This document shows positions 19,594-29,069 of a stretch of 45,029 nt of DNA, one piece after another (position 1 is the first letter of the stretch; every line of letters starts with the position of its first letter). The notes below the pieces were generated by a model, which was not told where the DNA came from, searched no databases, and saw only the letters and a list, made by a program, of their open reading frames with translations. The DNA is from Armatimonadota bacterium (GTDB lineage: Bacteria; Armatimonadota; Fimbriimonadia; Fimbriimonadales; GBS-DC), in the NCBI GenBank assembly GCA_037442385.1, contig JBBIQJ010000003.1:1-45029 (forward strand), given 5' to 3'. A program made the position numbers and the translations under genes.

Positions 19594-22209
19594 GTGAGGG
19601 CGATGACTCCGCCTCCCCTGTGCCCCACGAACGCCCAAAAACTGACCGACCCGCAGGTGTGGGAGGATCAGGGCATCCCCCGCGATTTTGAAGGTCCCCA
19701 CACGCACACCCTGAAGTTCGAGTGGTACCCCCAGCGAGGGCGACGCTACTGGCTCCGATTCGACGGCGTAAGCTATGAGGCTGTCGTCGCGCTGAACGGC
19801 AAACCGCTGGCAACCCATCGCGGAATCTGGGATGCGTTCACCCTCAATATCACACGCGCCTTGCGTCGGGGCGAGAACCACCTGACCGTGCAGATGACCA
19901 AAAACGGCGGCGCGCGGTTCCCCGTTCCAGAGGTGCTGAGCGGGTTCCTACCGTATGTCGCCACGCCGTTCGGGGGACTGTGGCAGCCTGTGTGGCTTTT
20001 CGAGACGGGCGAGGCGTGGCTCAGCGATCTGTGGGTGCGTGGCGAGGCGGACGGCACAGTTCACCTCTCAGGCTTCGTGGTGAGCAAACGCCGTGTGCCG
20101 CTCTCCATCACAATCCACTCCCCGAAACTCCCAGGCAAGTATAAAACGGAATTGAAGGCGCAAGGCGCGTTTGAACATACTATTGCGCTCACTGAACCTC
20201 AGGCATGGTCGCCAGAGACGCCCACGCTCTACTGGTGTCGGGTCGAGGTGGGGGATAACTCGCACTGCGTAGACCTGCCTTTTGGACCGCGCACGGTGGA
20301 GGTGCAGGGGAGCCAGATTTGTTTGAACGGCACACCGTTTTACCCGCGCGGGCTGCTCCACTGGGGCTGGTATCTGGACACCCACGCGCCGAACCCCCCT
20401 CACGAACAGGCACGCAAGGAGCTGATGGCTCTCAAAAAGGCAGGTTTTAACATGCTTAAGGCGTGCCTCTGGGTGCCGCCCGATTGGTACCTCACGCTCT
20501 GCGACACGATGGGAGTCGCCGTCTGGCTGGAGTTGCCTCTGTGGCTTCCCCAGATTCCACTCGAACGGCTGGATGAGGTGGTTACCGAATATGAAGCCAT
20601 CGTGCGCCGGGTGCGGAACCACCCCTGTGTGGTGCTGTGGACGCTGGGCTGCGAGCTTTCCGCGCGGTTTCCCGCAGAGGGGTTGCGCGTGCTGTATGAG
20701 CGGGTCAAGGCACTTACAGGCAGCCTGATGGTGCGTGATAACAGTGGCGGGGGCGAATGCTACGGCGGCTCGCTACAGGAGTATGCGGACTTCGCGGACT
20801 ATCACCTTTACGGCGACGCGCACTTCGCCCGTACGACTTTCCGCGCGTTTCTGGACGCGCCGCGCCCGTCCCAGCCGTGGCTTCAGGGCGAGTTCGCTGA
20901 CCACGATACCATGCGCGATTTTACAGGTTTGCGCCAAAAGGTTGCATCTCGGCATCTCTGGTGGCTCTCGCAGGACCCAGGAGAGAACCCGAAGGGTGTG
21001 CGCTGGTTTTACGAGACGCCCTATGTGGAAGACCGCCTGAAAGCGCAGGGGCTGTGGGACGCCCTGCCAGAGCTGGTGGAAAACTCGCGCAAGGAGATGG
21101 TGGCTTACCACAAAATCGTGCTGGAGACGATGCGCTCACTTCGGGGAACTTCGGGCTATGTCGTCACCGGGCTGAAAGATACCCCTATTGCCACGGCAGG
21201 CTTGCTGGACGAACTGGGCGAGCCAAAAGTCTCCTTAGAGGCGTATCGCGACTTCAACGCCGACACGGTGGTGCTGATAGACTGGGCGCAGCGTCGCGTG
21301 TGGCAGGCAGGGGGCGACCGCCCCGCGAACCCAGACCCTTACAACCATTTCGGCGGGCAGACACTGCACCCCCGCGTTCTGCTCTCCCACTTCGGCAAGC
21401 CGCTACCTTCACCCCTTACAATATGCTGGGAGCTGTGGCTGGGAGAGACTCCGGCAGGGCAGGGAGCGGTTTCTGTGGAGGCTCCCTGTGGCGAGCCGCC
21501 CTTGTTTTTGTGCCAGCTCAGCGTGGCACTGCCCGCTGTTTCGGTCCCCACGCCCGCGCTTTTCGCGGTAAAGGTGGAAGGGGCAGGGGAAGTGATTGCC
21601 CGGAACCGCTGGCGCTGGGGCATCTACCCGCGCCCGCAGTGGGAAATGCTCCCCACGATTGCCCTCCGCGAGTCAGCAATTTACTTTGATGAATGGGACC
21701 TGCCCGCGGAGGTCTTTAAACGCTCTGAACAGCCTCCAGAAGCGGAATCGGTGCTGCTCGCTGCCACGCTGCCGGACTGGCTTGGTGAATGGGTGGCACA
21801 GGGCGGGCGATGCCTCGTGTTGATGCCACGCTTGAGAAGCCACACGCAGGCGATGCCCTTCTGGCGCGAGGCAACCCATCGATTCCTGCCGCACCCCGTC
21901 TGGGAACGGCTGGGCTGGATACCCGAACATCTGGACGAGCGCCTTTTTGCCTTCAGTACCGATTATGCGCTCCTGCCTCAGGCGTGCTTGCCCTCTGCAC
22001 AGCGGTACATCCCCCTCTGGCAGCGCATCGACACACGCACTGGCTATTGCCACGCCTATCTGCACGAAGAAACGATAGGGAAGGGGAAAGCGCTATTGAC
22101 CACTTTGCACTTCGCAGGGGAACACGGCGATACGCCTCGCACGCTTCGCTCTCACCCGGCGGGGCACTACTGGCTTTACGCGCTTTTGCGCTACCTTGCG
22201 GAGAGATAG
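19594..22209 (+). CDS. Glycoside hydrolase family 2-like protein
   Basis: [12 protein letters not shown]....H.G.W..F sugar-binding domain, [39 protein letters not shown]. Start is 19594 or 19603. Confidence 0.78.
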   Translation: MRAMTPPPLCPTNAQKLTDPQVWEDQGIPRDFEGPHTHTLKFEWYPQRGRRYWLRFDGVSYEAVVALNGKPLATHRGIWDAFTLNITRALRRGENHLTVQMTKNGGARFPVPEVLSGFLPYVATPFGGLWQPVWLFETGEAWLSDLWVRGEADGTVHLSGFVVSKRRVPLSITIHSPKLPGKYKTELKAQGAFEHTIALTEPQAWSPETPTLYWCRVEVGDNSHCVDLPFGPRTVEVQGSQICLNGTPFYPRGLLHWGWYLDTHAPNPPHEQARKELMALKKAGFNMLKACLWVPPDWYLTLCDTMGVAVWLELPLWLPQIPLERLDEVVTEYEAIVRRVRNHPCVVLWTLGCELSARFPAEGLRVLYERVKALTGSLMVRDNSGGGECYGGSLQEYADFADYHLYGDAHFARTTFRAFLDAPRPSQPWLQGEFADHDTMRDFTGLRQKVASRHLWWLSQDPGENPKGVRWFYETPYVEDRLKAQGLWDALPELVENSRKEMVAYHKIVLETMRSLRGTSGYVVTGLKDTPIATAGLLDELGEPKVSLEAYRDFNADTVVLIDWAQRRVWQAGGDRPANPDPYNHFGGQTLHPRVLLSHFGKPLPSPLTICWELWLGETPAGQGAVSVEAPCGEPPLFLCQLSVALPAVSVPTPALFAVKVEGAGEVIARNRWRWGIYPRPQWEMLPTIALRESAIYFDEWDLPAEVFKRSEQPPEAESVLLAATLPDWLGEWVAQGGRCLVLMPRLRSHTQAMPFWREATHRFLPHPVWERLGWIPEHLDERLFAFSTDYALLPQACLPSAQRYIPLWQRIDTRTGYCHAYLHEETIGKGKALLTTLHFAGEHGDTPRTLRSHPAGHYWLYALLRYLAER

Positions 22210-23084
22210 CGCTCCAGCTCCGCTGTCGCGTCGCGGGCTGTGGGCGAATCAGAGAGGCGATACCCGTGGGTTTCTGCCCATTCCCGCGCCAGTTGACGCA
22301 GGAGTTCCGTGCGCATGCGCTGTGCCCTCCCCCGTCGTTCGGCGAACTCAGTGTTCAGGTTTTCTCCCGAAACTTGCAATTGGAGCGACGGAATCTGTAT
22401 TTTCACAGCCCCAGCTGGCGAGAGTGGCTCCAGCACAGGCAGGTAAAGTTCGCGCAAGTCGGGCTGGCTGGCGAGTATCTGGTCTACCTCCTGCTCCATC
22501 CGGCGCTCGAACTCGCGCCGTTTCGCACGCAGGCGGACGGTTATCTCCTGCTCAATCCGCTGGATACGCTCCTGAAACGCTCGCTGGAGCGCCTGCTCCT
22601 GCTGAGCAAACCGTTGGTCAAGTTGGGCGAGCCGCTGCATAGCTTGCCGATAGCGGGGTGAATCGGGTGGGAAGTAGAGCGTTTCAAACAACGGCAGGAA
22701 CCGCTTCCGTCCGTACGCCTGAAACGCCTGAAACCATGCCTCGTCCCATTCGCGGTACAAGGTGGCAAGGTCGTATTCCGACTCGATTTCCGCACGCCAC
22801 CGCGGTTCCAGCTGGGACAGGATTTCGAGTCGGGTCGCCAGCAGTTGCTCGCGTACCGCCGCACGCTGTTGCAGGATGCTCTCCAGCGCAATTTGCCTGC
22901 GCTGGCGCACGGATTCTGGCAAAGGGGGCACAGCCATCGAATCGAGAATAGCGCCTGTAGCGGGCAGTTCTTCCGCCAGAGAGGGGAGGGCAGGGAACGA
23001 AGCCGCAGGAGGCGTTCCAGGGCGTGGTAAGCGAACCTGCACAGGCTCTGGTCGTGAACTACATCCCCCCAGCAGCAGAGCCAA
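22191..23084 (-). CDS. Hypothetical lipoprotein, coiled-coil rich, with Skp/OmpH-like C-terminus; start uncertain
   Basis: LLLGGC lipobox, Pro-rich linker, long Q/E/R helices; directly downstream of skp. Confidence 0.7.
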   Translation of the reverse strand: MALLLGGCSSRPEPVQVRLPRPGTPPAASFPALPSLAEELPATGAILDSMAVPPLPESVRQRRQIALESILQQRAAVREQLLATRLEILSQLEPRWRAEIESEYDLATLYREWDEAWFQAFQAYGRKRFLPLFETLYFPPDSPRYRQAMQRLAQLDQRFAQQEQALQRAFQERIQRIEQEITVRLRAKRREFERRMEQEVDQILASQPDLRELYLPVLEPLSPAGAVKIQIPSLQLQVSGENLNTEFAERRGRAQRMRTELLRQLAREWAETHGYRLSDSPTARDATAELERYLSAR

Positions 23085-23108
23085 AGCCAGTACGGTATAA
23101 AGCAGGGT

Positions 23109-23144
23109 TCGGGAGGAGGGAGCGCTTCGCGCGCTCCCTCCCGA
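23109..23144. repeat. Strong GC-rich palindrome between skp and the lipoprotein gene (terminator, REP-like or processing hairpin)
   Basis: GGAGGGAGCGC (23115-23125) / GCGCTCCCTCC (23131-23141); alternatively closed by TCGGGA/TCCCGA with a 3-nt bulge. No U-tract follows on the minus strand. Confidence 0.7.
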
Positions 23145-23152
23145 AAAATAAC

Positions 23153-23773
23153 TCAGCGCCGTTGATTGGGCTGCTGTGCGTCTAATCGCTTGATCACCTC
23201 GCTGGTAATATCGTTCTCCGCGTAGTAGACCACATCACTGGAAAAGACCATCACCAGCTTTTTCTCTTTGGCAATTTGAGCGACAATTTCGCGGATGCGC
23301 TTCTCGGTTGCCTCGCGCTGTTGCTGAACCTGCTGCTGGAGCTGTTGTTCCAGTTGCTGGGCGCGAACCTGCAGATTTTCGCGCCCTTCGCGCTCCATCT
23401 GGGTGAAGCGCTCCAGAGCGGTCTTTTCCGTTTCGTTCAGCTCGCTCTTCTGGCGCAGGGATGCCAGCTCCGCTGATCGCTGGCGCGCGGTGTTAATCAG
23501 TTGCTGAATCTGCTGGCGCTCTGCTTCGGTCGGGTTTTCTTTCAGAAGCAGGTTGAACAGGGTGTCGCGCTCTTCCGCGTTCAGGATAGGACTCTCCTGT
23601 AGGGTCTGGAGCGTTTGAACAAAGCGTGCTTGCACCGCTTGAAGCTGCTGGCTGACGGCTTTCACATAGTTAGACTCTTCCATGATTCGGCGTTCGTCAA
23701 TCACGCCGAAGTTCTGGGCGGTTGCCAGCGTCAGGCTGGCAAGACTCAGTGTCAGAAGCATCCATGTTTTCAT
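23153..23773 (-). CDS. skp: Skp/OmpH periplasmic outer-membrane-protein chaperone
   Basis: Signal peptide, FGVID, long coiled coil, IAKEKKLVMVF...DITSEVIKRL; follows bamA. GGAGG SD before ATG 23773 (alternative 23788). Confidence 0.85.
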   Translation of the reverse strand: MKTWMLLTLSLASLTLATAQNFGVIDERRIMEESNYVKAVSQQLQAVQARFVQTLQTLQESPILNAEERDTLFNLLLKENPTEAERQQIQQLINTARQRSAELASLRQKSELNETEKTALERFTQMEREGRENLQVRAQQLEQQLQQQVQQQREATEKRIREIVAQIAKEKKLVMVFSSDVVYYAENDITSEVIKRLDAQQPNQRR

Positions 23774-23830
23774 CGTTTTGACCTCCATGTCCTTCGAAGT
23801 ATACCTTTCGGGGGCGCAGAAAGTTCCATT

Positions 23831-25609
23831 TCAGAACTGCTGCCCGATGCTGAAGTGCGTGCGTCCGCCGTCGCGCCCGATGCCGTAGTCCACACGGAGC
23901 GGACCAATGGGGGTACGCACGCGGATGCCGAAGCCGAAGCCCACCTGCGGCTTGAAGCCACTCGATTGTGTGAACTGGTTGACAGTGGGGTATCCGCCCC
24001 ATGCGTGCCCGATGTCGACGAACAGCACGCCTGTGAACGCCTTTTCGATGGGCTGTCGCCACTCTATGCTCAGCAGCGCGGCGTTACGTCCCCAGAATCG
24101 GTCTTCGGGGTAGCCGCGCAGGGTTTCGGCGCCGCCGATAAAGAACTGCTCAAAAAACGGGATGTTGCCCGAAATAGTTCCATAGTAGAGGCGTATTGCC
24201 AGCACCTGGCGGCGGTCGTCGGGCTGGCGGCGCGGTCCTTGCGGTGAGTAGTAGTAGCGGTAATCCAGCCCAATTCGCAGGAAGTTGGAGCGCCCCAACC
24301 GTACCACGCCCGCATCCAGAAACTGCTGCTCCACCGAGCGGATATTCGTCTGCCCTGGTTCCAGTGTAAGGGAGAGGTACTGCCCTGTGGCAGGGTCTAA
24401 GTCAAAATCGCGTGTGTTGTAAGCCCCGCGCAGGCTCAGGCTCCATATCGAGCCGTCCTGACGAATGAAGCCGCCGCTGGTGGAAGTCGCGACGCGGTTC
24501 GTGTTCACATCTTCCGTGCGCACGCCGATTGTCGCCGAGACGAAATCGTTCAGGGCGCGCCCCACGCTGAGGGAGACTCCGCGACGACGCTCGTCATATT
24601 GCTGCTCCAGATTCGGGTCTACCGCCCCTCCAAAGAAGTTGGAGGTGAAGCGGTAGACCAGTTTGTCATACAGCGAGACAGAAAGGCGCGTGCCCCGTGA
24701 ATCGAGATAGGGTTCGCTGAACAGGAGTTCGATGCTGTTGCCGCGTCTTCCGCCCGTACTCTGAAAGTTTAGCCCCACCGTTTGCCCGCGCCCCCGAAAG
24801 TTCGTTTCGTAGATTTCTGCCAAACCGATCAGACGACGGCGCGAATCCACCGCGAAGCCGACATTCAGGCGTCCTGTGGTCTGCTCTTTGACTCGAATAA
24901 TGAGGGCGGTCGCGCCGCCCTCGCTGATGTTCTCCTCATACTGCACGGTTTCGAAATAGCCCGTGTTGAGAATACGATTCAGGTCACGCTGCCAACGATT
25001 GAGATTATACAGGTCGCCAGGCTTGGTACGTATCTCGCGCAGAATCACATACGGCTGGGTTTTCGTGTTGCCCTCCACACGGATGGAGCTGACCTTCAAT
25101 TCGGTAATATACACCCGCACGGTGCCGGTCTCTTCATCGGGCACGATTCCCTCGATCAGCGCGGCGTACCCCTCTTTTGCGTAGGCACGCACGATTTCTT
25201 CCGCATCGATGCGGACAAAGTTGGTGTTGAACACCATGCCGGGCTTGTTGCGAATCAGCTCCAGCAGTTGCTCACTGCGGAATACCGTGTTGCCGATAAA
25301 CTGAACTTCTTTGATGAGCGGGTTCTCCACCACTTCGAACTGAACGCGCACGCCGGTCTCGGTCTGCTCTACGCGGGGGCGCACCGCCGAGAACAGCCCC
25401 ATGCCGAGCAGCGCGTTTCGATCGGACTCCAGCAACGACTCGCTAAACACTTCGCCCGGCTTGAGCCGAAGTGCGGTCAGCACAGCATTTTCCGAAACAT
25501 TGCGCAGACCGCGAACCGTAACCGATTCGATTCGGCGTGTTTGTGCGGCTGCCATCGTACTGCACATAACAATCAGTAGAATCCATCCCACTGTACGCTT
25601 TGTGAACAT
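23831..25609 (-). CDS. bamA: Omp85 family outer-membrane protein assembly factor (BamA-like, about 3 POTRA domains)
   Basis: Signal peptide, POTRA motifs (V.GLRNV, FIGNTVF, VEGNTKT..YVILRE), FFIGGAETLRGY, TPIGPLRVDYG, HFSIGQQF. Confidence 0.9.
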   Translation of the reverse strand: MFTKRTVGWILLIVMCSTMAAAQTRRIESVTVRGLRNVSENAVLTALRLKPGEVFSESLLESDRNALLGMGLFSAVRPRVEQTETGVRVQFEVVENPLIKEVQFIGNTVFRSEQLLELIRNKPGMVFNTNFVRIDAEEIVRAYAKEGYAALIEGIVPDEETGTVRVYITELKVSSIRVEGNTKTQPYVILREIRTKPGDLYNLNRWQRDLNRILNTGYFETVQYEENISEGGATALIIRVKEQTTGRLNVGFAVDSRRRLIGLAEIYETNFRGRGQTVGLNFQSTGGRRGNSIELLFSEPYLDSRGTRLSVSLYDKLVYRFTSNFFGGAVDPNLEQQYDERRRGVSLSVGRALNDFVSATIGVRTEDVNTNRVATSTSGGFIRQDGSIWSLSLRGAYNTRDFDLDPATGQYLSLTLEPGQTNIRSVEQQFLDAGVVRLGRSNFLRIGLDYRYYYSPQGPRRQPDDRRQVLAIRLYYGTISGNIPFFEQFFIGGAETLRGYPEDRFWGRNAALLSIEWRQPIEKAFTGVLFVDIGHAWGGYPTVNQFTQSSGFKPQVGFGFGIRVRTPIGPLRVDYGIGRDGGRTHFSIGQQF

Positions 25610-26178
25610 CAGCGTTCATCCTCCTCCTGATAGATGTAGGGTGCAAGTCGTGTGCGGAGCCATGCGCGTGCGCGCGCCAGACGGCTGCGAACCGCCTCCA
25701 GCGAAATGCCCAACACCTCTGCCATCTCTTCGTAAGACATCTCCTCGTATTCACGCAAGATAATAATCTCCTTATAGTCGGGCGGCATTTGCTGGATCAG
25801 GCGTTGCACGCGCTCGATCAGCTCCTGCTCCAGCACATACTCTTCGGGGCTGGGACCGGGGTCTACTGGCTCCCACTCTATCGGCTCGCCCCATTCATCG
25901 GTTTCCAGTGTGCTTAAGTCAATTTCGCGTTTGCGTTTGCGGGCGCGCTTTTCGAGGTGGTCGTTGGCTAAGTTCACTGCGATCCGATAGAGCCATGTGT
26001 AGGGCTGGGAGTCGCCGCGGAATCGCTCGTAAGCGCGGAACGCGCGGTAGAAAGTCTCCTGCGTCAGGTCAGCGGCGTCTTCGGGGTCGTTGACCATGCG
26101 CAGGAGCAGGTTGTAAATGCGTCGCTCGTAAGTGGCGACCAGCGCTTCGAACTCATCCGCGTCGCTCATCCATTGCAC
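25609..26178 (-). CDS. ECF RNA polymerase sigma factor (RpoE/SigW-like)
   Basis: DAADLTQETF, F.GDS...TWLYRIAVN, LREYEEMSYEEMAEVLG...VRSRLARAR. Its stop overlaps the bamA ATG. Start is GTG 26178 or ATG 26169. Confidence 0.93.
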   Translation of the reverse strand: MQWMSDADEFEALVATYERRIYNLLLRMVNDPEDAADLTQETFYRAFRAYERFRGDSQPYTWLYRIAVNLANDHLEKRARKRKREIDLSTLETDEWGEPIEWEPVDPGPSPEEYVLEQELIERVQRLIQQMPPDYKEIIILREYEEMSYEEMAEVLGISLEAVRSRLARARAWLRTRLAPYIYQEEDER

Positions 26179-26201
26179 ACCCGCATCACTTCCTCGTTGC
26201 G

Positions 26202-26229
26202 TTAGACTCGTGCCAACAGTTTTGGTTTC
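26202..26229 (-). promoter_or_regulatory. ECF-type promoter GAAAC-N16-AGTCTAA upstream of the ECF gene (probable autoregulation)
   Basis: Matches the AAC/GTC pattern typical of ECF promoters. A GGTATACT -10 lies just upstream (about 26236-26243). Confidence 0.6.
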
Positions 26230-26243
26230 GGATTAAGTATACC

Positions 26244-27518
26244 TCAGGGTTCGGCGGGTAAGCGCGCGCCGGTGGCATAGCGCAGCTGGAGGTCTGCCAG
26301 CGCCAGGTCGTAAACGGCTTGCACGAGGTTCGTCTGTGCGGTGGTCAGCGCCAGCTGGGCGGTCAGCACTTCGATCAGTGTACCAGCGCCCTCCTGAAAG
26401 GCGTCGCGTGCGGCTTCGTAGTTGCGCTGGGCGGCGGCAAGCGCCAGCTGTGCCGCGCTCAAGCGTTCGCGGGTCTCCTGCACGCTGAGATACGCGCCTT
26501 CCACCTCTGCATAGGCGTCGCGCTCTGCCTGGGTCAGGCGGAACAGGGAACCGCGATAGCTGGCTTCCGCCTCGCGCAGATTCGCCCGCAACAGCCCTCC
26601 GTCAAACAGGGGATATGACGCCAGAATCTGGATTTGACCCTGTGTGCGAGTGTTGGGGTCAAACTCGCGGAAGCCGCTCACACTGAGTCGCAGTTGCACG
26701 AGGCTGTTCATGCGGGCAATTTCCAGCGCGAGCCGAGCCGACTGCACCGAGAGTTCTGTGGCGCGCAGGTCGGGACGCTGGCGACGCGCCTGTTCCCAGA
26801 GCGCCTGCAGATTTTCGCTTCCTGGGGTGGTTGCGGGGTTCTCCACCTTTTGCAGTGCAGGCAGCGGTTTGTCGGGATTCCAGCCGAGCAGGCGCTTCAG
26901 GTCGGTCTCCGCCAGCTGCAGGGCGTTCCGCGCCTGTATCTGTTGCACGCGGGCGTTCGCAAGGTCTGCCTCTGCCTGCAACACATCTTTGGCGGGCGCA
27001 GTGCCCACCTCCGCCTGCGCCCGCACCGCCTGCAGAATCGTTTCCGCGCGGCGTACTGTCTCGTCGGCGACCTGGAGCAGCTCCTGACGACGAAGCACCT
27101 CAAAGTAGGCGCGCGCCGTTTGCAAAATCAGCGTGCGTAAGCTATCCTGTGTGGAGTAGAACACCCCCTCGTTGGAGCGCGACGCCTGTCGAATGCGAAG
27201 GTTGCGGACGCCGTTATCCAGCAAGAGCCATTCCACATTCAGGGCGGTCTGGCGTTGGGTCAGCTCGGTGGTGGCGCCGCCCTGTTCCACACGCGTGCGT
27301 GTGGACGAGGTGGCAATATCGAAACTGGGAAACAGGCTGGCGCGTGTGGACTCCAGCCGCGCTCGCGAGGCGACACGCTCCTCAAACAACGCACGGGATT
27401 GACCGTTACTCTGCAACGCCTGCTGGATTGCCCCCTCCAGAGTTAGAACCTCCTGCGCCGATACCACGCCATAGCATACGCTCACGATAGTCAGAATCCA
27501 TAGTCGATGCGGTTTCAT
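26244..27518 (-). CDS. TolC-family outer membrane efflux protein
   Basis: Signal peptide, LTLEGAIQQAL, two OEP repeats (AYFEVLR..ELL, YPLFDGG, NY...RDAFQEG.GT.IEVL.AQ). Confidence 0.9.
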   Translation of the reverse strand: MKPHRLWILTIVSVCYGVVSAQEVLTLEGAIQQALQSNGQSRALFEERVASRARLESTRASLFPSFDIATSSTRTRVEQGGATTELTQRQTALNVEWLLLDNGVRNLRIRQASRSNEGVFYSTQDSLRTLILQTARAYFEVLRRQELLQVADETVRRAETILQAVRAQAEVGTAPAKDVLQAEADLANARVQQIQARNALQLAETDLKRLLGWNPDKPLPALQKVENPATTPGSENLQALWEQARRQRPDLRATELSVQSARLALEIARMNSLVQLRLSVSGFREFDPNTRTQGQIQILASYPLFDGGLLRANLREAEASYRGSLFRLTQAERDAYAEVEGAYLSVQETRERLSAAQLALAAAQRNYEAARDAFQEGAGTLIEVLTAQLALTTAQTNLVQAVYDLALADLQLRYATGARLPAEP

Positions 27519-27527
27519 AAGAAACCT

Positions 27528-27555
27528 GTTTCCACGCCCTGCAGGCGATTCCTGC
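27528..27555 (-). promoter_or_regulatory. SigH-like promoter motif GCAGGA-N17-GAAAC upstream of the tolC-like gene
   Basis: Ends 9 nt before ATG 27518; back-to-back with the lysS GGTACAAT -10. Confidence 0.55.
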
Positions 27556-27577
27556 TAATTCGGGTACAATCCCTGAC

Positions 27578-29068
27578 ATGAGTCGGCACTTTGAAGATGA
27601 GAATCCGCTGGTGCAGGTGCGTCTCGAGAAACTGCAAAAGCTGCGCTCGATGGGGTTAGACCCGTTCGCCGTAGAGCGCTATCCGATTACCCACACGCTG
27701 GAAGCGATTCATGAGCAATACGAGGCGCTGGAAGGGCAAACGGTGTGTGTGGCGGGGCGCATCTTCTCGATACGGCAGATGGGGCGCGCTACCTTTGCGC
27801 ACCTGATGGACGCTACGGGTAAACTCCAGATTTATCTTAAGGCGGATGAACTGGGCGAACGCTACTCCCGGATAGACCTGTGGGACCTGGGCGACTATCT
27901 GGGGGTCAAGGGGTTTGTGTTTCGTACTCGCACGGGCGAGATTACGATCCATGTGCAGGAGTTCACTTTGTTAGCCAAAGCGGTGCGCCCGGTGCCGTTC
28001 CCGAAGGAAAAGGGAGAGCAACGATGGTTTGAGTTGCACGATGTGGAGCAGCGCTATCGCCAGCGCTATCTGGACCTGCTGGTGAATCCCGAATCGCGCC
28101 GACGCCTGCTGGCGCGATGCCGAATTGTGTCAGAAATCCGGCGCTTTCTGGAATCGGAGGGGTTTATTGAGGTGGAAACCCCTGTGCTGCAACCTATGGC
28201 AGGCGGCGCCGCAGCGCGCCCGTTCATCACATATCATAACGCTCTACAGCGGGAATTTCAGTTGCGAATCGCGCTGGAGCTTTACTTGAAGCGTGTGCTG
28301 ATTGGGGGCATCGACAAGGTGTTCGAGATAGGGCGCGTGTTCCGCAACGAGGGCATCTCCACGCGCCATAACCCGGAGTTCACGATGCTGGAGCTCTATC
28401 AGGCATATGCGAACCTCGAAGACATCATGGATCTGGTGGAGCGCCTGTTCCGCACGGTGGCAGAGCGCGTTTTTGGCACAACGGTCTTCGAGATGCACGG
28501 CGTGCAGGTGGATTTCAGCCAGCCGTGGCGGCGCGTGCGCCTGATGGACGCAATTCGCGAGTGTACGGGTCTCACCGAAGCCGATTTTGAGACTCTGGAA
28601 CGCGCCGCACAGACTGCCGAGAGGCTGGGCATTCATATTGAGCGCAAAGACACGGTGGGCGGTATCATCGAGAAGGTGCTGGAGAAATGTGTTGCCGAGC
28701 ATCTCCAGCATCCGACCTTTGTGTATAGCTTTCCGATAGAAACCTCTCCATTAGCCAAGCGTGAACCCGATAATCCGCGCTTCACCCGGCGGTTTGAGGG
28801 CTATGTGTTTGGCAAGGAGGTCGCGAACGCCTTCTCCGAGCTGAATGACCCGCTGGAGCAGCGCGAGCGATTCGAACAACAGCTGGCGATGCGCCAGGCA
28901 GGCGACGAAGAGGCGCACCCCTACGATGAGGATTTCCTGCATGCGATGGAGTATGGCATGCCCCCTGCTGGCGGACTGGGAATTGGGATTGACCGTATGG
29001 TGATGTTGTTGACGGGAACCGACTCCATCCGTGAGGTGATTTTCTTCCCGCAGATGCGCGAGGGTTAG
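27578..29068 (+). CDS. lysS: Lysine--tRNA ligase (class II)
   Basis: RYRQRYLDL, FIEVETPVLQ, GGAAARPF.T.HN, FRNEG.S.RHNPEFTMLE, YGMPPAGGLGIGIDR. Confidence 0.97.
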   Translation: MSRHFEDENPLVQVRLEKLQKLRSMGLDPFAVERYPITHTLEAIHEQYEALEGQTVCVAGRIFSIRQMGRATFAHLMDATGKLQIYLKADELGERYSRIDLWDLGDYLGVKGFVFRTRTGEITIHVQEFTLLAKAVRPVPFPKEKGEQRWFELHDVEQRYRQRYLDLLVNPESRRRLLARCRIVSEIRRFLESEGFIEVETPVLQPMAGGAAARPFITYHNALQREFQLRIALELYLKRVLIGGIDKVFEIGRVFRNEGISTRHNPEFTMLELYQAYANLEDIMDLVERLFRTVAERVFGTTVFEMHGVQVDFSQPWRRVRLMDAIRECTGLTEADFETLERAAQTAERLGIHIERKDTVGGIIEKVLEKCVAEHLQHPTFVYSFPIETSPLAKREPDNPRFTRRFEGYVFGKEVANAFSELNDPLEQRERFEQQLAMRQAGDEEAHPYDEDFLHAMEYGMPPAGGLGIGIDRMVMLLTGTDSIREVIFFPQMREG

Positions 29069-29069
29069 G

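Noticed and set aside
23094-23150. Plus-strand small RNA (GGTATAAA followed by a hairpin)
   Set aside because: The -10 lacks the conserved final T and the hairpin is followed by As rather than Us.
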